Virus record (IMG/VR): IMGVR_UViG_3300016657_000021
Coordinates: 46,959-66,958 of that record
From: an uncultured virus (IMG/VR IMGVR_UViG_3300016657_000021)
Taxonomy: Duplodnaviria; Heunggongvirae; Uroviricota; Caudoviricetes
Direction: 5' to 3' (one strand)
DNA: 20,000 bases
Below, one piece after another: positions 8,202-15,014 of the stretch; the stretch's first letter is position 1; each line of letters opens with the position of its first letter. Position numbers and translations under genes: made by a program. The notes below the pieces were generated by a model that saw only the letters and a list, made by a program, of their open reading frames with translations, was not told where the DNA came from and searched no databases.

Positions 8202-8867
8202 TCAATGCCTCGGATGATTTTCACAAGAAGTGACCGGACACCAAGGGCACAGCGGTGACGGTCGCGGGTTCCATACTCCTGTTGCATGCGCTTGTTCGAT
8301 GCGGGCAATGCGCTCCCGGTAATCCCACCATGCGGGGTCAGAGTCTTCAACGGTATAGGAAGCCTTAACCATGTCGTTCTTGACCACGAACAGCAATGCT
8401 GCGTTTACTTTGCGGATGTGCGGGAAGTGAGCAAAGACCATCAGGGCCATGAGCTTCAGCTGCTCGCGATCCGGATACTTGTTGTTGCCGGTTTTGTAGT
8501 CCACCACCCACGCCGTCAGATTGTCATCGTCAACGATAAGCAAGTCGGCAATGCCTCGAACCCATGTGTCTTTCGCCCGCCAATCACACGGTCTCAGGTC
8601 AGAGGTTAGCGCCATCTTGTACTCGCAGAGCTTGCGCCCCGGTCGTGCGTTAAGCGCATCGAGCGTGTCTTTGACAAACGCAAACTGTTCGGGCAACTGC
8701 TTGCCATCACGGATGTATTCTTCAGCCGCTTTGTGTAGCTCGTTGCCGTACTTGGTCTGCTCTGTCTCTTGAAACGGAAACTTCTTCAGCACCCGCACTT
8801 CGTAGTACCTACGGGCACAGCCCTCGTAATCCTTGAGGGCTGTGTGACTCCACACTACTTTACTCAT
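8202..8867 (-). CDS. PD-(D/E)XK Cas4/RecB-like exonuclease
   Basis: GNELH, RGIADLL, VVDYKTG, QLKLMAL and a split Cys set (N-terminal C plus CPWC...C). Confidence 0.9.
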   Translation of the reverse strand: MSKVVWSHTALKDYEGCARRYYEVRVLKKFPFQETEQTKYGNELHKAAEEYIRDGKQLPEQFAFVKDTLDALNARPGRKLCEYKMALTSDLRPCDWRAKDTWVRGIADLLIVDDDNLTAWVVDYKTGNNKYPDREQLKLMALMVFAHFPHIRKVNAALLFVVKNDMVKASYTVEDSDPAWWDYRERIARIEQAHATGVWNPRPSPLCPWCPVTSCENHPRH

Positions 8868-9193
8868 TCAAACCTCGCAGACTTAACAGCGTTGTACAGG
8901 CGGCTGGCAAACTCGGTGACAAACGCTTCGTCTTCGTTGAGCCTGTGCCGCCCCATGTCGAACAGGATTGCATGCGTCAGCTCGTGCCAGAACGAGTCGC
9001 CCATCTGATCCTCAGTGAACTTGCGTCCGGTCTTGTTGCTGCGCTGCCCTATCTCGATCTTGCGTCGGTCGTAATGCACACGCGCCATGTCGCCGCGTTG
9101 GATCATCGTCTCTACTATGTCGATGGAGTACCGCTTCTTGCCGACGCGAATGCTTCGCGGTAGCTCCAACCTTCGTCGTGTTCTGTGGTTCAT
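8864..9193 (-). CDS. Small HExxH zincin-like protein (putative metallopeptidase)
   Basis: SFWHELTHAIL followed by DEAFV; RBS AAAGGAGAAGC; ATGA overlap with the next gene. Confidence 0.7.
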   Translation of the reverse strand: MNHRTRRRLELPRSIRVGKKRYSIDIVETMIQRGDMARVHYDRRKIEIGQRSNKTGRKFTEDQMGDSFWHELTHAILFDMGRHRLNEDEAFVTEFASRLYNAVKSARFE

Positions 9194-9202
9194 GCTTCTC
9201 CT

Positions 9203-12103
9203 TTACTTTTTAGCCAAGCCGTAGCGCTTGTGTACACCGCCTTCAACTGCCAGCGGAATGCCGGGCATGTACTTCGGTTCGACGATCATCTGTTCGAGGA
9301 TCCACTTACGCCCTTCTTCCGCTTGTTCTTCCGGCACCATCACGATTTGTTCGTCATGCACCGACCCGACAACAGGGTAGCGCTTGAACGTACGCAGCAT
9401 GCCGTCCGTCATGACGATGCGACTTGCCCCTTGAATCACGTTGTTTGTGATCTTTCCGGGGTATAGCTTCGTGTCGTCTTTGCCGTAGACGTACTGGTAC
9501 CTGCCGCGATCATCTTTTGTGCGGCGAAGGTTCGGGTAGCGCAAGCTCATGCCGTTCGGAAGCACAATCTCTTCCTTGCGGAACACAAGACATTTATACC
9601 TGAACTCCTCGCCGCCGTAAAGCGCTGTCTCCAGCAGCGTGCCGCACATCTCCCAGAACGTCGTGACCGGGTGCGCTGTCTCCCGGTAGATGTCAATGAT
9701 CTTCTTTGCTGCAACGCAATGAATCAGCAGTTCCTTGGTCGTGCAGGTGTGCGGGATGGCTTCCAGCTTCTTCACGTTCTCGTCCCAGTCAAGGAATTTC
9801 TCGACATATTGCCGAGTCACTCCGAGCTTCTTGGCGAACGCCATGTCATAGCGCACCGGAGGAGCGCCGAGGAAACCGACCAGCAGCTGCGCGGCGAAGC
9901 TCGCCCAGCCCAACCCATAACCGCAGTTGTGTACGATCAACGGGCCTTCACTGGTCAGAATTGTGTAGCGGTTTCTCGGCCCTGCATAAGCGAGATCGTA
10001 AGTCTGCATTCTCTGCTTCAAGGGTTGCAATGCGTCGGTTAAGCTGTTCGATTGCTCGTGCGCTATATGGGCGTTTGTTTTTCCCATTCTCACTGCGCGT
10101 GACGAAGCGAAGGTTGCCGGGAACATACCCACCGTTGTTGTCGATGCGATCAAGCTGCAGTTCCGGCGCATCAGATCCCGGTAGTGCAACGAGATACCGC
10201 AAGAATTCAGCGCGATCTGCGACCCATGCCGGGTGCACAGCAATTCCCCGGCCCCCATAATCGGGATACGTAGCACTGTCCGGGTTAGTGCAGCGGACAA
10301 TGATTGCGCTAATACGGTCAAGCAATCGGTCACGGTGCTCGCGATTTGGGCAAATAGCCGCGTACCCTGCAGCAACCATGCGTGTTTGCGTTGCTTTCTT
10401 TTTTGCGCAACCGTTGCAGCGTGTAGTTCTTCCTGCCCGCAGATTGGCACGCTCGACGAAACCCACCCACCCACATGAACAGCGCATTTGTGGTTGGTAA
10501 GCAAACCTGCCTTTCCATTCGGGGCCATGCGGTCGTCGTTCCCACCCGATACAGGTAAGTTCGCCAATGACAGCCCCGACTTCAAAAGGGAAGGGTTTGC
10601 TAGGGCCGCGCTCCATGCCACCCACCCACGTTCCGTCAGGATTTCGTGATCCGAAGTCGCGCTTATCCCGTATTGCGTAAGAACTTCTTTCTCGCCCTGT
10701 GGCACTAGCCCCTGATGCTTTACCCATGCTTCACCATCCCATACCATATCCGTAGCCTGAACCTGTACTATAGGTACCCAACCGCGCTGTGTCAACACCG
10801 GGGTGTCCGCACCGAAGCAGCCCAGCAGCGCCGACTTAGCCGACTGCCGTAGATCCGGGTGGCTGTCCTTGGTCATGCCGGGAATGTTGAACATCTGCGA
10901 GCCGAACTGCGCGTAGGCATCCTGCCCCGACCGGAAGATGTTCAGCAGGTCTTCGTAGTCCGACATCCACGCCAGCACACGCGGCTCAATCTGCGACAAG
11001 TCGCCAACCACCAGCACGTACCCGTCCGGAGCCATGATCGCCTTACGCAAAAACGACCCACGCTTTAAGTTCTGCATGTTGATGGCCGAACCCTTGGCGG
11101 CAGCATAGCGGCCCGTCGCCGCGCCGTAATACGACAGGGGCACAGGTAGCGTGCCCCGATGTGCGATGTCGAGGAAGCGCTGCGCACGCGTACGCTCGGA
11201 CGTTGACTTGACTTTCAGTCGCGCTTCGCAGAGTAGTGCGACATCTTCGTTTTCTCCGTTGAGGAGGGCTTGGAATAGCGCGTCGTTCTTTGCGAGGGCA
11301 AACGTCTGTTCACCAGTCGTTTTACTTGTCTTGAGCGGAGCTGCACAGCCCAAGGATTCCAGAAGAGCCGCAAACTGAGGGTTGCTAGATAGCATCGCAT
11401 CTGTAACACCAAGTCTTGCAAGTAAGCCTTCACGGATTTCCCTTTCTTCGTTGATTCCTTCGGCCAGCATCTCACGATCCAGCACCAGCTTTGGTTGGGT
11501 ATACATCTTCAGCGTCATGTCGATCAGACGCAGCTCGCTCAGCGGATACGGCGGGTAGCTCGTGCCGTCCGGCAGCGGCACCATGCCGTTCAAGCGCTTG
11601 AATATCTCCTCGCACAAGAACACATCGTGTCGGCAGTAGTCGGCCAGCTCTTGCTCGATATGGAACGGCAGTTCGTCAAGGTAGTTCTCGGACGATGCCA
11701 GCCCCTGCCCCTTGTCAGGAAGCTCGAAGTCTTGCGCCAGCTTCTTCAGACTGTTGCCTACTTCAACGCCTCGCAGCGCACGCCCCATAGAGAGCGTGTC
11801 GAAGATGAACGCCGGGTGCGCGTCGTAGTGCCACGCTAGTATGCACACGTCGAACTGCGCGTTCTGCGCGATGACGGCTGTACGGCTCCAGTCAATCGTC
11901 TGCACCCAGTCGTTCAGGTCTTTGCCGCGTACCCATATGGCCTTGCCGGGAGCGCCGAACTCTTTCCAACACAAGCCCCATGCCTTGAAGCGCGGGTCGC
12001 GCACATACTCTTCGTTCGTCTGACACGAGAAGCCAAGCTTTACGCCTCGCCCCCACGCCGTTTCTGCATCAATGACGATTATTCTGTCGTAAGGTTTACT
12101 CAT
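9203..12103 (-). CDS. polA: Family A DNA polymerase with 3'-5' exonuclease domain, interrupted by an intein (966-aa precursor, 668 aa after splicing)
   Basis: Exo motifs IDAET, NAQFD, YCRHD; polymerase motifs NMQNL, A (GDLSQIEPRV), B (RQSAKSALLG|CGYG, split by the intein) and C (SVHDE). Confidence 0.95.
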   Translation of the reverse strand: MSKPYDRIIVIDAETAWGRGVKLGFSCQTNEEYVRDPRFKAWGLCWKEFGAPGKAIWVRGKDLNDWVQTIDWSRTAVIAQNAQFDVCILAWHYDAHPAFIFDTLSMGRALRGVEVGNSLKKLAQDFELPDKGQGLASSENYLDELPFHIEQELADYCRHDVFLCEEIFKRLNGMVPLPDGTSYPPYPLSELRLIDMTLKMYTQPKLVLDREMLAEGINEEREIREGLLARLGVTDAMLSSNPQFAALLESLGCAAPLKTSKTTGEQTFALAKNDALFQALLNGENEDVALLCEARLKVKSTSERTRAQRFLDIAHRGTLPVPLSYYGAATGRYAAAKGSAINMQNLKRGSFLRKAIMAPDGYVLVVGDLSQIEPRVLAWMSDYEDLLNIFRSGQDAYAQFGSQMFNIPGMTKDSHPDLRQSAKSALLGCFGADTPVLTQRGWVPIVQVQATDMVWDGEAWVKHQGLVPQGEKEVLTQYGISATSDHEILTERGWVAWSAALANPSLLKSGLSLANLPVSGGNDDRMAPNGKAGLLTNHKCAVHVGGWVSSSVPICGQEELHAATVAQKRKQRKHAWLLQGTRLFAQIASTVTDCLTVLAQSLSAALTRTVLRIPIMGAGELLCTRHGSQIALNSCGISLHYRDLMRRNCSLIASTTTVGMFPATFASSRAVRMGKTNAHIAHEQSNSLTDALQPLKQRMQTYDLAYAGPRNRYTILTSEGPLIVHNCGYGLGWASFAAQLLVGFLGAPPVRYDMAFAKKLGVTRQYVEKFLDWDENVKKLEAIPHTCTTKELLIHCVAAKKIIDIYRETAHPVTTFWEMCGTLLETALYGGEEFRYKCLVFRKEEIVLPNGMSLRYPNLRRTKDDRGRYQYVYGKDDTKLYPGKITNNVIQGASRIVMTDGMLRTFKRYPVVGSVHDEQIVMVPEEQAEEGRKWILEQMIVEPKYMPGIPLAVEGGVHKRYGLAKK
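9926..10819 (-). mobile_element. Intein (298 aa, residues 429-726 of the polymerase precursor)
   Basis: Block A CFGADTPVLT, block B ISATSDHEIL (TxxH), block F TYDL...NRY, block G LIVHN followed by Cys+1; removal restores motif B KSALLG-CGYG. Confidence 0.95.
9948..10727 (-). CDS. HNH-like homing endonuclease nested out of frame inside the intein (alternative start ATG 10616)
   Basis: IGELT...CSCG...NLRAGRTTRCNGC, RCTNP...YPDYGGRGIAV...W, LDRIDNNGGYVPGNLRFVTRSEN..NKR; the same motifs occur in the free-standing genes at 12096-12572 and 13072-13683. Offset from the polymerase frame is 2 mod 3. Confidence 0.88.
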   Translation of the reverse strand: MGKASGASATGRERSSYAIRDKRDFGSRNPDGTWVGGMERGPSKPFPFEVGAVIGELTCIGWERRPHGPEWKGRFAYQPQMRCSCGWVGFVERANLRAGRTTRCNGCAKKKATQTRMVAAGYAAICPNREHRDRLLDRISAIIVRCTNPDSATYPDYGGRGIAVHPAWVADRAEFLRYLVALPGSDAPELQLDRIDNNGGYVPGNLRFVTRSENGKNKRPYSARAIEQLNRRIATLEAENADLRSRLCRAEKPLHNSDQ

Positions 12104-12572
12104 GTGTTTCTTTCAGAAAGTTGCGTACCAGTTCTTCACGTTCAGCAGACAGTTCGAACCATCGTGTATTGCCTCTGTCTTTTGCCCGCACTTGTTGAAT
12201 CATGTGTGCAGCGGTTGCACGTTTTACGCCGAGACGTTCGGCTAATAACCAGCTTTTGGTTTTTGCGTACGGTCTATTTCGTGCCTGCGTTTCGCGCGTA
12301 GCCCAACGGCAGTTAGACGGCGTATAGTTCTTGGCCGTGTTGATGCGGTCTAGCGTATGCTTGTCCGTTGGCCTTCTTCCCATGTCTTCAAGGAAGGCCG
12401 CAAAAGAACTTTCCCAACGCTTGCACACGCGAATGCCTTTACCACCGTAATACGCGTAGTCTCTTGCTTTCGGGTTATTGCACCGGTTCTTCATCATTTG
12501 CCACGACCGGTACTCTGGCGTGGCGATTCTCTTTCCGTCTACTAAACGGACTTCACCCATCGGCTTTTCCAT
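12096..12572 (-). CDS. Free-standing HNH-like homing endonuclease (YGGxGI / LDRI family)
   Basis: EYRSWQMMKNRCNNP...YYGGKGIRVCKRW...FLEDMG...TLDRINTAKNYTPSNCRWAT...QARNR; start placed at ATG 12572 behind GGGGAG (12560 also possible). Confidence 0.88.
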   Translation of the reverse strand: MEKPMGEVRLVDGKRIATPEYRSWQMMKNRCNNPKARDYAYYGGKGIRVCKRWESSFAAFLEDMGRRPTDKHTLDRINTAKNYTPSNCRWATRETQARNRPYAKTKSWLLAERLGVKRATAAHMIQQVRAKDRGNTRWFELSAEREELVRNFLKETHE

Positions 12573-12596
12573 AGGACTCCCCAATGTACTAGGAAG

Positions 12597-12824
12597 TCAT
12601 AGTGTACCACACCCTTTGCCACGTTTATTCTCCTTGTATTTTTTGTTGTGCAACATGTAGCAGGGCTTGCACCTGCTGGTGTGCTTAGCGCCAGTGCTAC
12701 GCTCGTAGAACTCGCTGTTTGGTTTCTCTTGCCCACAATCGCGGCATACCTTGTGCGTTGCCGGTGCAGGCTTTGCGTGTATCTTTGGCGCAGCAATGAA
12801 GTTGCTTACGATCTGATCCCACAT
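12597..12824 (-). CDS. Small zinc-finger protein
   Basis: KVCRDCGQEKPNSEFY...SRCKPC (CxxC...CxxC); start overlaps the upstream stop. Confidence 0.75.
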   Translation of the reverse strand: MWDQIVSNFIAAPKIHAKPAPATHKVCRDCGQEKPNSEFYERSTGAKHTSRCKPCYMLHNKKYKENKRGKGCGTL

Positions 12825-13093
12825 CAGTTCATCCTCTCCTTTGGTGGTGCGTCCTTGGTGATCGAAAACTCAAGGAACGCGGTGGTGCTCTGCGCTACTA
12901 TGTACGCGTCTTCTTCGTCGCAGTTCATTGTGAAGGTTTCGTCCATGCCGTTCGGATAGCTTATCGTCACGACAGCACGAGGGCCATCTTCCGTGTAGCA
13001 CTTCGACAGGTTTACAACCAGTGTCTTGAAGTGCTCACGGTCTTCTTCGTCCATCGCCTTGATGCGCTGCTCTAGCTCGTCTGCTTCAGACAT
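12824..13093 (-). CDS. Hypothetical acidic phage protein (89 aa)
   Basis: Start moved to ATG 13093 (MSEADEL) behind AAAGGACATCCG. Confidence 0.75.
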   Translation of the reverse strand: MSEADELEQRIKAMDEEDREHFKTLVVNLSKCYTEDGPRAVVTISYPNGMDETFTMNCDEEDAYIVAQSTTAFLEFSITKDAPPKERMN

Positions 13094-13683
13094 CGGATGT
13101 CCTTTCTTTTTGGTGTACCCAAAGCCCGTGCAACCGACCAACCAAGCTTGTTTAGTCTGTCGAACACAACGGATGGCGGTAAGCCCGCATTTCTAGCGGC
13201 CTGCGACATGCAAATACCTTTGTACTTTCGTGTTCGGCGGGTGTTGCGTGCTTGTTCCTCTAGTGGAACCCATCTACAGTTTGCTTTTGCGTACCCTTTA
13301 CGGCTATCTACGCGATCGAGCGAGTAGCCTTCCGGCGGATCCCCCATGTCCGCGTAAAAATTTTCGAATTTCTCCCACCGTTTAGCGACGCTAACTTGTG
13401 TATAGCATGTGTTTCTTTCTCTGTGCGTGTTGCGCACTCTTGCCCACATCCCTTTCCATTTTCGATACGCCGTCGTGTTTGTTGCCCCATGCGTTTTGTT
13501 TTTCATTGCGCGTTGTTCACGGCGCATACACCCGCAAGACTTAGTGTCTCCGCTGCGCAGGTCAACTTGTGCTTTCACCACTTTGTTGCCGCAGTCACAT
13601 ACGCACGCCCACGCAACACGTTTCGTGCCTTCAATTCTGCGTACGACCGTCAAGCGGCCAAAACGAGCACCCTGAAGTTCCAT
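13072..13683 (-). CDS. Free-standing HNH-like homing endonuclease with N-terminal Cys-rich domain
   Basis: GARFGRLTV...CVCDCG...LRSGDTKSCGC...FENFYADMG...SLDRVDSRKGYAKANCRW...QARN; RBS AAAGGAGG. Confidence 0.9.
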   Translation of the reverse strand: MELQGARFGRLTVVRRIEGTKRVAWACVCDCGNKVVKAQVDLRSGDTKSCGCMRREQRAMKNKTHGATNTTAYRKWKGMWARVRNTHRERNTCYTQVSVAKRWEKFENFYADMGDPPEGYSLDRVDSRKGYAKANCRWVPLEEQARNTRRTRKYKGICMSQAARNAGLPPSVVFDRLNKLGWSVARALGTPKRKDIRCLKQTS

Positions 13684-13981
13684 GTGTTTCCTCCTTTATC
13701 TTGCGCAGAGTGTCTTCCAAATCCGTTAGGTTGTCAATGTGTGCTAGAAAGACAACAGCGCCGGCGCGGAAAGCTCTACCGGCATTTCTCGTTTGCAAAA
13801 GAGTAGGCTTCTTCTTACCGTCCGCTTTGCACTCGATCCCTACAAATATCGAATTAACGCAGCACACAATGTCAAATATGCCCATCACACCCATACCGTT
13901 GCTTACCGGCATAAAGTAGTAGACGTCAAGCGTGTCCAGCAGCTTCTTCACCTTCTTCTTAACAAGTCCTTCCGGGGTCAT
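13631..13981 (-). CDS. VRR-NUC domain nuclease
   Basis: MTPEGLVKKKV...GIFDIV...FVGIECKADG.KKPTLLQ, a PD-(D/E)XK VRR-NUC pattern. Confidence 0.88.
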   Translation of the reverse strand: MTPEGLVKKKVKKLLDTLDVYYFMPVSNGMGVMGIFDIVCCVNSIFVGIECKADGKKKPTLLQTRNAGRAFRAGAVVFLAHIDNLTDLEDTLRKIKEETHGTSGCSFWPLDGRTQN

Positions 13982-14403
13982 GCGGCCACCTGCATCGTGT
14001 TGTCGTTAGCTTGCTCTCGCTCTTTACGCAGGCGCTCGCGTTTCGCACGCTGCTGCGCGTTCTCTTTCTCACGGTTCTTCGGGTTCATGCGCCGCAACCG
14101 GTTACGCTCTCTTTCAGGCAGGCGTGCGGGCTTCTCAGCGTCAACCTCCTTGCCCCATGCGTAGAACGGACGAAAGCGTTTGTGCGCATCGTCAACATCC
14201 CGCTTCCACATCTTGATGTAGATGCGCCGCTTCTCGTGCAGGTGCTTGATATATGCGCGTGCCTGTACCTCACACATGAACGTAGCGGCGGCAAGCTCTT
14301 TGGTCATGAGCGCGGTTTCGGACAACACTTCTTTGATGCGCTCGATACGCAGCTTCGATACGGGGCGTGTGAACCGTTTGCTCTTTGGCGTTTTCTTTTT
14401 CAT
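13978..14403 (-). CDS. Basic protein, probable winged-helix DNA-binding protein
   Basis: MTKELAAATFMCEVQARAYIKHLHEKRRIYI resembles a winged HTH; Arg/Lys-rich tail; ATGA overlaps at both ends. Confidence 0.65.
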   Translation of the reverse strand: MKKKTPKSKRFTRPVSKLRIERIKEVLSETALMTKELAAATFMCEVQARAYIKHLHEKRRIYIKMWKRDVDDAHKRFRPFYAWGKEVDAEKPARLPERERNRLRRMNPKNREKENAQQRAKRERLRKEREQANDNTMQVAA

Positions 14404-14606
14404 TCTTTCTCCTTTGCAAGCTCTCTGATTTCTTCGATTGAGTAGTTGGTGAAGTCGTATATTAACAAGATCAAGTGCGGGGTCAAATGCTTTCTGTCGG
14501 CACGCAGGTTCGTAATGGTGGCAGAAGAACAGCCGAGTTCACGCGCAAGATGGGCGTTGTTTTTCAGCCCGTAGTCTTTGATGATTTTGTCAAGTAACTT
14601 GTTCAT
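14400..14606 (-). CDS. XRE-like HTH protein (68 aa)
   Basis: Start moved to ATG 14606; LKNNAHLARELGCSSATITNLR. Confidence 0.8.
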   Translation of the reverse strand: MNKLLDKIIKDYGLKNNAHLARELGCSSATITNLRADRKHLTPHLILLIYDFTNYSIEEIRELAKEKE

Positions 14607-14800
14607 TTTGTCAGACGCTCCTTGAGTTCTTTCGGGATCTTTGGTTTCGGACACCATGCCAAACAGTCATCGCTCCACTGGCCGACGATCAGCACGCCGC
14701 CCGGATTCAACAGCAGCATGTTCACCCCTTTCGGGGGCGGGTCAACCAGTGGGTCACGGAAGTACAGCTCGTTAGTTGTCAGTTGCGTTGGGTCGCTCAT
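14603..14800 (-). CDS. Hypothetical phage protein (65 aa)
   Basis: Coupled ORF; PPKG.NMLL...GQW...AWCPKP pattern seen in small phage accessory proteins. Confidence 0.7.
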   Translation of the reverse strand: MSDPTQLTTNELYFRDPLVDPPPKGVNMLLLNPGGVLIVGQWSDDCLAWCPKPKIPKELKERLTK

Positions 14801-15014
14801 TTTTTAATGCCTCCTGTTGTTCGTCACGAATCCATTGCTCGGTTTCTGCTGCTTCCGCTTCTTGGTGTTTGATCCATACGGACTCCAGCAAATCTGCTGC
14901 TTGCTTCAGGGTGTGGATAAGCGCCTTGTCGTAGTCTTGGTCGAGCGCATCTGCGTAGCCGCTCAGCCGCGCTGCCGTTGTGTAGCCCTGTAGTGCGTGT
15001 GCGAAACTAATCAT
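14772..15014 (-). CDS. Hypothetical phage protein (80 aa)
   Basis: Start moved to ATG 15014 behind AAGGAGAAGAACAC; ATGA overlap with the upstream gene. Confidence 0.7.
   Translation of the reverse strand: MISFAHALQGYTTAARLSGYADALDQDYDKALIHTLKQAADLLESVWIKHQEAEAAETEQWIRDEQQEALKNERPNATDN

Noticed and set aside
8202..8867. CRISPR-Cas system suggested by the Cas4-like gene
   Set aside because: No repeat-spacer array or other cas genes; solo Cas4-like nucleases are normal in phage replication modules.
10592..10598. A-AAC-CCT heptamer in the phase for a -1 frameshift from the intein frame into the nested nuclease frame
   Set aside because: CCC is an atypical slippery A-site triplet, no stimulatory structure was identified, and an ATG with a GGTGG leader lies just upstream (10616), so internal initiation is simpler. 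Not strictly excluded.
9926..10819. Group I intron as the explanation for the nested endonuclease
   Set aside because: The polymerase frame is continuous with complete intein blocks at both junctions, and there is no room for a ribozyme core outside the nested ORF.
12542..12796. Alternative-frame minus-strand ORFs such as 12542-12796, 10330-10545 and 11215-11475
   Set aside because: Unlike 9948-10727, they show no protein-family motifs or RBS, and their lengths are compatible with chance.
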